This document shows positions 48,501 through 59,506 of a stretch of 64,000 nucleotides of DNA, one piece after another. The notes under the pieces were generated by a model. That model saw only the letters and a list, made by a program, of their open reading frames with translations, ran no database searches and was not told the DNA's origin. The first letter of the stretch is position 1. The number at the start of each line of letters is the position of its first letter. The translations under genes were made by a program, and so were the position numbers. The DNA comes from Leucoraja erinacea (taxonomy: Eukaryota): positions 26,288,001 through 26,352,000 of the forward strand of contig NC_073388.1 of assembly GCF_028641065.1 (NCBI RefSeq). The letters run 5' to 3'.

Positions 48501-48798
48501 GTAGCTAAGTATGTGAAAAGAAATGTTTTAAAGGAAGGGAAAAATAGGAGGAGAATTGGTCATAGAAAACTCAAAAGACATTAATGGGTGGTAGAGACGG
48601 GTATGACAGTGAAGTACTAACATTATGTCGGATGCAATTCAGCATGGGATCAGAATGGGTAGAGAAAGATAAGAGAAAGTGTGTTGGCATGTGTCCCAAT
48701 ATGTCACAGAGCTGAGAGGCTATCATTGGGAAAGCCCGATGACAGAAGCTTCAGAAACATCCTGGATCACAACTTCTGACACTACTAGCGTATCAGAA

Positions 48799-48927
48799 TG
48801 TTGTGATATCTTGAGCTCAGACACAGAATAACAAGTTAACTCACTGCTGACCGAGACATGACTGCACAGTTGCACTGTGGGCTATTCAATCATTTACAAT
48901 CCTCCGACCAAACGTGGCGCTATTACA
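48799..48927 (-). repeat. 3' LTR (129 bp) of the second Gypsy
   Basis: Minus strand TGTAATA...CACAACA, directly preceded by the purine tract AAGGTGGGAGGCG (about 48929-48941). No partner LTR is available to confirm the ends. Confidence 0.7.
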
Positions 48928-51900
48928 ACGCCTCCCACCTTAATAAAAAAGTTATCGCCTTGTTGACATTTTAACGTATAACATTTTTGAATATAATAAA
49001 AATGGTATGAATTTATTACAATCTTGTCTGATAGTTTTATATAATCTGAAAAAATGAGGACATTGTAAGCATATACAATGATACGTGCATTTCACAAAAT
49101 AAACTTCACAAATTAAACCTAACCACTGGGTTTCTACTTCTTTCTGGGATATCTTCCCTGACGGTTTAGAACCACATGGAGTAATTTTTGATTGTCAAAT
49201 CTTCCTTTTGACCTACATTCAAAGATTCCAGTGCATCAGTCAATTTTGTTGGACTGTCAACCACACCTGAACCTCCATTTTCAGGCTGGTTCAAACTCTC
49301 ACTATCTTGTGTACCTTCTTGAATCATTTCTTGTTCATCCATTTGTACCTGTACTTGAGTGGTAATCAAATTATCAGACTCGTCTAATTGATCTGATTGC
49401 AACCCTGTCTGTGCTTGCATCGGCATGACATGGTCAATGTGTACTTTTCTCACCTTTCCACTTCCAAACATCTTGACCAAGTACGTCTGTGGTCCGCACT
49501 TTCTCACTACTCTTCCAAGTAACCACTTTACCCACTTGTGATGATGGTTTTTCACCTTTACCTACTGATTCAACTCAACACTCCTTTCCTTTACTCTACT
49601 TCTGTCATGATATGCTTTTTGTTTCTCCTGTTTCTCTTCTACTGTTTGAGCCTAGTTTGGTTTCAACAGTGAAAACCTTGCTCTGGGTTTTCTCTTCAAG
49701 AACAACAGTTCAGCTGGTGTTTGACCAGTAGTGGTGTGAGGAGTGTTTCGATATGTAATCAGAAAGTTAGCCAGTTTGTGAAACAGAGACAACTGTCTTT
49801 TCTTTGGATTTGGATCCAGCAGTTGTTTGACTAATGTACGCTTCACAATTTGCACTGTGCGTTCTGCTGCTCCATTTGAAGTGGGATGGTATGGAGCTAC
49901 TTTAGTGTGTTTTAAACCATTGCCTTTCATGAATTGTGCAAACTCTTGTGAACAGAATTGTGGTCCGTTATCAGACACAATTTCCTCTGAAAATCCATAG
50001 GACGCAAACAATCCTCGCAAAATGTCTATTGTTTAGCTGGATGTCGTTTTGTTCATCTCAACCCACTTGGAGTAACTATCAATCACAATGAACAGTTGTT
50101 GTCCATCCAACTCAGCAAAGTCAATGTGTAATCTTTGCCACAATCTAGCCGGCCATTTCCATGGCTGTACTGTTGGTGGATTGTTTCCAACTGCTTGACA
50201 TGTGCTACACTCTTTCACAATTTGTTCTATGTCCTTATCTAGACCAGGCCACCATAGATAGCTTCTAGCTAGACTCTTTGTTGGACACATTCCCAAATGC
50301 TGATCATGAAGATCTCCTAGCAATTTTACTCCATATTTTTCAGGGATTACAAGTTTCGCACCCCACATGACACAACCTTGGTCTACTTGATTCCTACGTA
50401 CAAAGAATGGTTTGTTCTGTCTCTGAATCCGGCAATTTGGTTGGCCATCCATTTGTAACATATTCCTGCACTCTTGACAAAAGTCTGTCAATGCGAGTAG
50501 CCATCCGAATGTCCCCTGAAGTGATAGGTAACTCGTCTACATGAGAGAAATAAAACAAGTCCTCTTTGTTTGGGGTAACCTCCGATTCCAAAGGTAATCT
50601 AGACATGGATTCAGTATTGCTGTGCTCTGCTGCCTTACGGTACTGAATATCATACTGCTATGCAGACAATATCAATGCCCATCTTTGCATTCTGGCTGCT
50701 GCCAGAGTTGGTATGTGTGCTTTTGGGTTTAGGATCACTGTCAACGGCATTGATCTGTCTCGATTACAAACCTTCTACCATATATGTATTTGTGAAACCA
50801 CCTACCACCAAAAATCAATGCAAGAGCCTCTTGCTATTTGTGCATAATTTCTCAATGGGTGTTGCCCATTCACTACTTTCTACCTTACTGATAATGTTCT
50901 CAGTTTCAAGTCTTTTCAGTTCTTTCTCAACCTTGTCCTTAAGTGCATACGGCACAGCCCGTGGTTTGCAATGCACTGGTGTCGCATCCTGTTTCACACG
51001 CACTTTCTCCTTGTACCCCTTGATTGGCTCTCCTTGGACGCTGAACACCTTCGGATGTTGCTTGATTACGACCTCTGGACACTTGAATTCTTCGCGAACG
51101 AGGAATATCTCGTCCCAGTTTAGCTTCAAGATCTGCAACCAATTCCGATCTAGCAATGCAGGCTTATCTCCCTTTACAACTACGAGAGGCAACTCCGCCT
51201 GTTGCTCCTTATACCTAACTGGTACATGTATGCATCCCAATACTGGAATCTTCTCCCCAGAGTAACCACGTAGCTCGATTCGCTTCGCTTCCAAAGGAAT
51301 TTGACATAGCTTCACCCGATACACAGATTCTGGAATCACGCTCACAGATGTTCCTGTGTCGACTTCCATGCTAACATGAGCTCCATTCAACTTGACTTGC
51401 ATGGACACATTCTTTGTCTTCCGGTTCACTAGCTCATTGCTGCAGATGGTGTACATGTCGAGAAGCTCTTCCTCTGCCTGCAGTTGATCCACAGAATGCA
51501 GCTTACTTGATGTTGAACCTCTTTTCTGCTTAGCCTTGCGACAAGCCTTCGCTAGATGTCCCATCTTGTGACACATAACACTCTGCCTTGAAGAATGGAC
51601 AAGACTGTGCTAGATGTGAGCCAAAACAGCAATAGCATGACTTTGCAATAGTCTTGCTATCCTTCCATGGATAACGATTCTCTGATGTCTTTGTCGACTT
51701 ATCCGTCTTTGGTTTGCTGGACAGCAGCTTGTTCAAATCTTCCGCTGGTTTTCTAGAAGTTGTCCTGACCTCTCTGCCATATCCATTGACAAAGGAGTTT
51801 TACAAGTTGTTTCAAAGGTCAGATCATACACCGTCATCAGCTTACTTTGGATCCGCTCACATCTCAGTCCACACACAAAACGGTCTCTTAATGCCCGTTC

Positions 51901-52158
51901 TTGGAAATGTCCAAAATGATAATGAATTGATAACCTTTTGAGTGCTACAATAAAATTACTAATTTCCTTTGGAAGTTGGCATCTCGTTCCAAATCGATAA
52001 CTTTCAGCTATTTCTAAGGGCTTCGGGCCATAATGTTCTCTTAACTTTTTAAGAATATCCTTCAAGGGCGTGTCCTTTGGTTTGGCTGGAGCTAACAAAT
52101 TGTTTACTGTATCATAAACATTGGGGCCCATTACAGTGAGAAAAACTGCTCTTTTCCT
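48799..52158 (-). mobile_element. second Mag-like Gypsy element: 5'-truncated, RT deleted
   Basis: Gag (KPLEIAESYRFGTR, ALRDRFVCGL, two zinc knuckles), protease VDTGTSVS, WATPI joined directly to the RNase H end, integrase (HDQH..CSTC, IDFAE, VSDNGPQF, AERTV), PPT and one LTR. Many frameshifts. Confidence 0.92.
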
Positions 52159-53339
52159 AATTATCAATCTACAAATTGTGATAACTGCAAAATTTAGCAT
52201 TGGGAATAAGGAACATTTCTATCGATAGATTGTATTCTGCGATTGCAGCATGTTGGGTTTTTTTCAGTCACAACATCAAATAATTCTTCATTTGGGATTA
52301 TTATTGAAAATAATAATTCCTTCAGGTGATTAATTAGTTTCAACCACTTTATATATTGGTTGGTTGTTACAGGCACTGAGTTTATTCTTGCACCCGTAAA
52401 ACCACAATTTGGACAGCTAAATCTTGAACGCAGCTGTATGATGCAATCAATATTAAATCATCTTCACTGCAATCTTTTGACAGAATCATCTATCATTTAA
52501 TTGGCTATTCTGTATTCTGTAGCGTTTTGCAAAATTTGTAATTTAAACTATTCTCAGATTGAGAATTCACATTATCATAATTTGTGGTTATTCCAAAGTG
52601 ACTAATTTTATAAACAATAAATACTGCATACAGTTTCTTGTAACTAGCTATATTTATTGGACAACATTTGTCATTATTGATAATAAATTGGACATACATG
52701 TAATGTGCCTTTCTTTTACCCTTTGTCACAGACTTTATTTGCTTGACATTTGTTATTCATTTTTCATCAGTGATTTAAAATCATGTTTTGCATTGCAATA
52801 ACCCAGGTTTAACCATTCCACTCTACTCCTGCATGGTGTTTACAATGGATTCATACAGTTTCTGCTATCCATTTGCTCCTGTAATAGGCATGGATGGCAT
52901 ATATCTCAAATATACATCCCCTTTTCACTGTCATGCCTATAATCCATCTGCTGCCTTTAGAAATTCAATGATTCACTACTTACTAATTGTTCCTCAGTGC
53001 CAATTGTTTTTTTTTTAAATGATGCTGTGGGTAGTTCAAGAATTCAGACTGCATATGTAACTTGACTACACACTGTGTCTGTAAGGAATTTACAGATGGC
53101 GCCCTTGGTTTGCTCCTATGAATGGATGGGGTTCACGTTAAGCTCGGATTTAAAAGTTGCAGTTCAATCTGTTCCCACAGTCTCTGTCCAAATTGCCCCA
53201 AACAATTCAGTGGAATAGTTATGGTAATTCTTTATCACCATGCAATGCAGTACTGTCTATTACCACATCAGATATTGATGAATATCGATAAAGGTGCAAG
53301 TGCTCTCATGGTGCTTGATCTCTGCAGTCCAACAAAGTA

Positions 53340-54932
53340 CAGTGCCCTCCATAATGTTTGGGACAAAGACCCATCATTTATTTATTTGCCTCTGTACTCC
53401 ACAGTTTGAGATTTGTAATAGAAAAAAAAATCACATGTGGTTAAAGTGCACATTGACAGATTTTATTAAAGGGTATTTTTATACATTTTGCTTTCCCCAT
53501 GTAGAAATTACAGCTATGTTCATACATAGGCCCCCAATTTCAGGGCACCATAATGTTTGGGACACATTGCATCCTTAATGCAGGTATAAGAGAGCTCTCA
53601 GCACCTAGTCTTTCCTCCAGTCTTTCCATCGCCTTTGGAAACTTTTATTGCTGTTTATCAACATGAAGACCAAAGTTGTGCCAATGAAAGTCAAATAAGC
53701 CATTATGAGACTGAGAAACAAGAATAAAACTGTTAGAGACATCAGCCAATCCTTAGGCATACCGAAATCAACTGTTGGAACATCATTAGAGAAGAAAGAG
53801 AGAATTGGTGAGCTTACTAATGGCAAAGGGACTGGAAGGTCAAGGATGACCTCCACAGCTGATGACAGAAGAATTCTATAATAAAGAAAACCCACCAAAC
53901 ACCTGTCCCACAGATCAGAAACACTCTTCCGGAGTCAGGTGTGGATTTGTCAATGATCACTATCCATAGAAGTCTTCAAGAACAGAAATACAGAGGCTAC
54001 ACTGCAAGATGCAAACCACTGCTTAGCCGCAAAAATAGGATGGCCGGGTTACAGTTTGCCAAGAAGAGCAATCACAGTTCTTGAAAAAGGTCTTGTGGAC
54101 AATATGCGAAGAAGTTCAACATATCAGAGTGATGGCAAGAGCAAAGTATGAAGGAGAGAAGGATCTGCCCATGATCCAAAACATACCACCTCATCTGTGA
54201 AACACGGTGGTGGGGTTGTTATGGCCTGGTCATGATTGGCTGCTGAAGGTACTGGCTCACTTATCTTCATTGATTGTACAACTGCTGATGGTATTAGCAT
54301 AATGAATTCTGAAGTGTATAGTCACATCCTATTTGCTCAAGTTCAAACAAATGCCTCAAAACTCATTGGCCGGCTGTTCCTTCTACAGCAAGACAATGAT
54401 CCCAAACATACTGCTAAAGCAACAAAGGAGTTTTACCAAAGCTAAAAAACGGTAAATTCTCAAGTGGCCAAGTCAATCACCTGATCTGAGCATGCCTTTT
54501 ATATGGTGAAGAGAAAACTGAAGGGAACTAGCCCCCAAAACAAGCATAAGCTAAAGATGGCTGCAATACATGCCTGTCAGAGCATCACCAGAGAAGACAC
54601 CCAGCAACAGGTGGTGTCCATGAATCACAGACTTCAAGCAGTCATTGCATGCAAAGGATATGCAACAAGATACTGAACATGACTACTTTAATTTACATTA
54701 CATTGCTGTATCCCAAACATTATGGTGCCCTGAAATGGGGGAACTATGTATAAACACTGCTGTAATTTCTACATGGTGAAACCAAAATGTATAAAAATGG
54801 CCTTTATTAAGATCTGACAATGTGTACTTTAACCACATGTGTTTTTTTTCCTATTACAAATCTCAAATTGTGGAGGACCGAGGCAAATAAATAAATGATG
54901 GGTCTTTGTCCAAAACATTATGGAGGGCACTG
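53340..54932 (+). mobile_element. full-length Tc1 DNA transposon (IR/DR type, 1593 bp)
   Basis: TA|CAGTGCCCTCCATAATGTTTGGGACA ... CATTATGGAGGGCACTG|TA. TIRs of about 225 bp, each with outer and inner CCATAATGTTTGGGACA direct repeats. Confidence 0.96.
53663..54676 (+). pseudogene. Tc1 transposase pseudogene
   Basis: ATG at 53663, early TAA, GRxR motif, VKHGGG, QQDNDPKHTAK, ending GYATRY*. Multiple stops and frameshifts, and the NPIE motif is deleted. Confidence 0.92.
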
Positions 54933-56812
54933 TATGTACCACAATCTATTTCTAAAGGAGTCAACTAGGAGTCCCTTTAAAACTCCATCATTTAGTCATC
55001 TCCAGGCCTGCTTTTTCTTATTGCCTCTCCACCCCCCATCTCTTTGGTTAACAAATTGCAGTTGTCACCTGATTTGTTATCAAATTGCATTTCTCCTTCA
55101 TAACGTATCATACTTTTGTAGAAGATTTACTGCACTCTTCTATAATTCTTTTGTGTTGCATCATGCTTTAAATAACCTAGAAGAGCATCTTGCATTTCAG
55201 CAGTAAGATACAATATTCCTAAGATTCAAATAAACATAACCCAATAGTACATAAATACAAGTTTTACTTTGAGATGGAGTCAAATTATGATAGCAGCTGT
55301 TGTGCTAACATAATCCATCATCCTACCAGCTGGACATATTGCCACGTTTTTCTATCGAGAAAGTACAGGGGCACAGTGAGACTCAGCTCTGTGTCAATGC
55401 CATCAAGCCAAACGTGTGCTGTCTAGATAATGATAAATGACTAGATGTAGCTAATATTTTTAATAGCAAAACACTGTAAATGCTAGAAACTTGAAGTTAA
55501 AACTGAACATATTTAGGAGGTCTGGTAGCATCTGTGGAAAGAAAGTGTTAATATCTTAATTCCATTATTTTTTTCATGACCACATGGAAAAGAAAGAAAT
55601 TGAGCTTTTCAACTGCCGTTTGATTTCTAGTAGACATTCTTCGACCACTCTCAAAGTGAGCACAACCAGAATTCACTTTGCTTCATCCCCTCAAAACATC
55701 CCTTTTGTTCTAGCTGCCCCTCCCCTTTTCCATATAACTTTAAATTAATTTCACTTCCAACTTTTACCAGTTCTGATGACATGTCATCAAATGTCTCATC
55801 TCCCCGCGGATGCAGCCGAAGGAGTTGAGTATTACCAGCACTTTCCTTCAACACTACTACAGTCTTACTGCTGGAACTAAATTTACAGTCATATAGACAA
55901 ATGAAATAGGAGGTCACTCTGCCTCTCAAGCTACTCAGCTGCACATTCTCTTTACTCCTACTACCTTTTCACTCACTCATTGTGCTTTCAATGTCTTTGG
56001 AGGAAGATAATTTCAAAGAACCTCAGAGAAAAAAAATCAGTCCATCTATCTTAAAGAGGTGATCTTTAGCTATAGACTCTCCCACAAGAAGAGATAGTGG
56101 CTCCAGAGGCATTTTATTGCCATATTCTATTATGTTTGAAATAATTCTATTGGTATTTTTTGAAGAAAAGTATTCACATTTTAAATTTTGCTATTTATGA
56201 TGAATACAAAGATTCAAAAATGGTAAAGTCTAAGCTCAAGCTTAACAACATCCCTGATCTTAAAAAATATATATTTGAAAAGATGCCATTACCAAGTGAA
56301 ATAATATTATTTTTTGATGACCTACAATGTTCAACATCTGCAACATGGGATCAAAATTTTGACCTAAAATACTTGATCTATAGTTGGCATGTAAAGTAGT
56401 TTTGTTCGCCTTCCTCTCAAAATATGATCTAGAAATTATTTAAAATAGGTCATTTTGATATATAATTGAAATATGAAAAAAAAAAAAAATTTAAATAACC
56501 AAATGGTTAAAAAATGTTTGAATATTGACAGGAAAGTGAAAAATGTTCATGTAATTTCAAAGATTTTTGAAACCATATACTAAAATATAAAATGCTCTGG
56601 GCTCTGCAAAATGTTAAATTGTGTTAATTTATGTCCAGCATCCTAATCTACAAGAATATAAAGAATAGTTCAGCTAATCTTGCATAGTGTTTAGGGGTTA
56701 ATATAGCATTTCTGATCAGTATATCCACCTTGAAATTTCTTCATGTACTTTGTAACAATGGTCACCGCATTCAAACATAATAGCAGAGTTGAATGAAAAA
56801 AAAGTCACTTAC

Positions 56813-56896
56813 CTGCAGTAAGGATTTCTCCGAGATGCATACCTTAAGGTCATGAAACGATAATAGAAAAAGGGGAGGAATAAATGAGCCCGGCCT
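56813..56896 (-). CDS. TMEM33: internal coding exon of a TMEM33 (Pom33/Kr-h2 family) ER membrane protein gene, possibly a divergent paralog
   Basis: Minus strand tgtttgtttcacag|A GGC CGG GCT ... CCT TAC TGC AG|gtaagt: an 84-nt exon, phase 2 at both ends, encoding GRAHLFLPFFYYRFMTLRYASRRNPYC(R). This matches the TMEM33 signature YYRFLTLRYSSRRNPYCR. Confidence 0.88.
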
Positions 56897-58142
56897 CTGT
56901 GAAACAAACACATACATCTGGTTGACAATTTTTTAATATTGAGCATACAAATTAAGATAAAATTGATACATCAGCACTATTCACATTTAATTAATATCTT
57001 AAACTAAGTATTAATGTGAAGATTAAAATCAACAAATATACATTAACAAGATTTATTTGGTTCTATTTTTTTTTACATATTAAATAATATTCTTAAAATA
57101 TAGGAAAATGAACCACCATATCTGAACTATCAACGACAGTGTGAATCAGATCTTATCAAGGTGACCCAGCAGAGACTATAGCTACCAATGTCTTTCCTTG
57201 GTGTTACAATTTTATGCTGAATGCAAGTGATCTGGGAATTGACTCATATTGCTGTATATTCATTTGTATGATAGCGGGTAACAATTGCATTCTCTTAGGA
57301 TAAATTCTGGATATTTATGCCTTTTGAACCCTCCATTTTATCTCAGCACACACCATGAGGGGAGGCAAAAAATTAACCCTTAGGCTGCTTTATTTTATAT
57401 CAAATCTCAAAGCAACAAGTATAATTAATCACGTGTGAATTAATACAGCTTATCATTATGTAATAAAGGACGAACATGCCACACCTTCACAGTAAATGAG
57501 TGGACGCACATTGTATAGTGCTCTCCATAAGGTTTGGGACAAAGACCCATCATTTATTTATTTGCCTCTGTACACAATTTGAGATATGCAATAGAAAAAA
57601 TTCACATGTGGTTAAAGTGCACATTGTCAGATTTTATTAATTTTTTTATACATTTTGGTTTCACCATGTAGAAATTACAGCTGTGTTTATACATAGTCCC
57701 CCCATTTCAGGGCATCACAATGTTTGGGACACATGACTTCACAGGCGTTTGTAATTGCTCAGGTGTGTTTAATTGCCTCCTTAATGCAGGTATAAGAGAG
57801 CTCTCAGCACCTAGTATTTCCCCCAGTCTTTCCATCACCATTGGAAACTTTTATTGCTGTTTATCAACATGACGACCAAACATGTGCCAATGAAAGTCAA
57901 AGAAGCCATTGTGAGACTGAGAAACAAGAATAAAACAGTTGGAAACATCAGCGAAACCTTAGGCTTACCAAAATCAACTGTTTGGAACATCATTAAGAGG
58001 AAAGGGAGCACTGGTGAGCTTACTAATAGCAAAGGGACTGACAGGCCAAGGGAGACCTCCACAGCTGATGACAGAAGAATTCTCTCTATAATAAAGAAAA
58101 AATCCCAAACATCCGTCAGACAGATCAGAAACACTCTTCAGT

Positions 58143-58720
58143 CTTGGTGAGACCACACCTGGAGTATTGCGTACAGTTTTGGTCTCCAAATCTGAGGAAG
58201 GACATTATTGCCATAGAGGGAGTGCAGAGACAGTTCACCATACTGATTCCTGGGATGTCAGGACTGTCTTATGAAGAAAGACTGGATAGACCTGGTTTAT
58301 ACTCTCTAGAATTTAGGAGATTGAGAGGGGATCTTATAGAAACTTACAAAATTCTTAAGGGGTTGGACAGGCTAGATGCAGGAAGATTGTTCCCGATGTT
58401 AGGGAAGTCCAGGACAAGGGGTCACAGCTTAAGGATAAGGGGGAAATCCTTTAAAACCGAGATGAGAAGAACTTTTTTCACACAGAGAGTGGTGAATCTC
58501 TGGAACTCTCTGCCACAGAGGGTAGTTGAGGCCAGTTCATTGGCTATATTTAAGAGGGAGTTAGATGTGGCCCTTGTGGCTAAGGGGATCAGAGGGTATG
58601 GAGAGAATGCAGGTACGGGATACTGAGTTGGATGATCAGCCATGATCATATTGAATGGCGGTGCAGGCTCGAAGGGCCGAATGGCCTACTCCTGCACCTA
58701 ATTTCTATGTTTCTATGTTT
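58143..58720 (+). mobile_element. young 5'-truncated CR1 inserted in Tc1
   Basis: Uninterrupted ORF 58144-58626 (VRPHLEYCVQFWSP...GIRGYGENAGTGY*) and a (TTTCTATG)n tail. Tc1 resumes at GGATTTGTCAATG. Confidence 0.93.
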
Positions 58721-58978
58721 TAGGAGTGGATTTGTCAATGACCACTGTCCGCAGAAGATTTCATGAACAGAAATAGAGGCTACATTACAAGATGCAAACC
58801 ACTGGTTAGCCGCAAAAATAGGTTGACCAGGTTATAGTTTGCCAAGGAGTACTTAAAAGAGCAACCACAGTTCTGGAAAAAGGTCTTGTGGACAATATAC
58901 GACGAAGTTCACCATATCAGAGTGATGGCAAGAACAAATTACAGAGGAAAGAAGGAACTGCCCAAGATCCAAAGCGTA

Positions 58979-59506
58979 CCAAATTATAGGAAGGATGTCA
59001 ACAAAATAGAGAGAGTACAGAGGAGATTTACTAGAATGTTGCCTGGGTTTCAGCAACTAAGTTACAGAGAAAGGTTGAACAAGTTAGGGCTTTATTCTTT
59101 GGAGCGCAGAAGGTTAAGGGGGGACTTGATAGAGGTTTTTAAAATGATGAGAGGGATAGACAGAGTTGACGTGGAAAAGCTTTTCCCACTGAGAGTAGGG
59201 AAGATTCAAACAAGGGGACATGACTTGAGAATTAAGGGACTGAAGTTTAGGGGTAACATGAGGGGGAACTTCTTTACTCAGAGAGTGGTGGCTGTGTGGA
59301 ATGAGCTTCCAGTGAAGGTGGTGGAGGCAGGTTCGTTTTTATCATTTAAAAATAAATTGGATAGTTATATGGACGGGAAGGGAATGGAAGGTTATGGTCT
59401 GAGCGCAGGTATATGGGACTAGGGGAGAATATGTGTTCGGCACGGACTAGAAGGGTCGAGATGGCCTGTTCCCGTGCTGTAATTGTTATATGGTTATATG
59501 GTTATA
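58979..59506 (+). mobile_element. young 5'-truncated CR1 (different subfamily) inserted in Tc1
   Basis: Open frame PNYRKDVNKIERVQRRFTRMLPG...EGYG to the stop at 59422, then a (TTATATGG)n tail. Tc1 resumes at ATCACCCGATCTGA. Confidence 0.93.

Noticed and set aside
53200-53337. Possible ancient L2 RT relic around the Tc1 insertion (DKGASALMVLDL)
   Set aside because: Too short and degenerate to support without an alignment.
58886-59422. 178-aa ORF as a novel Tc1-CR1 fusion gene
   Set aside because: A chance reading frame: an off-frame Tc1 piece joined to the CR1 ORF2 tail, with no ATG start and no complete domain.
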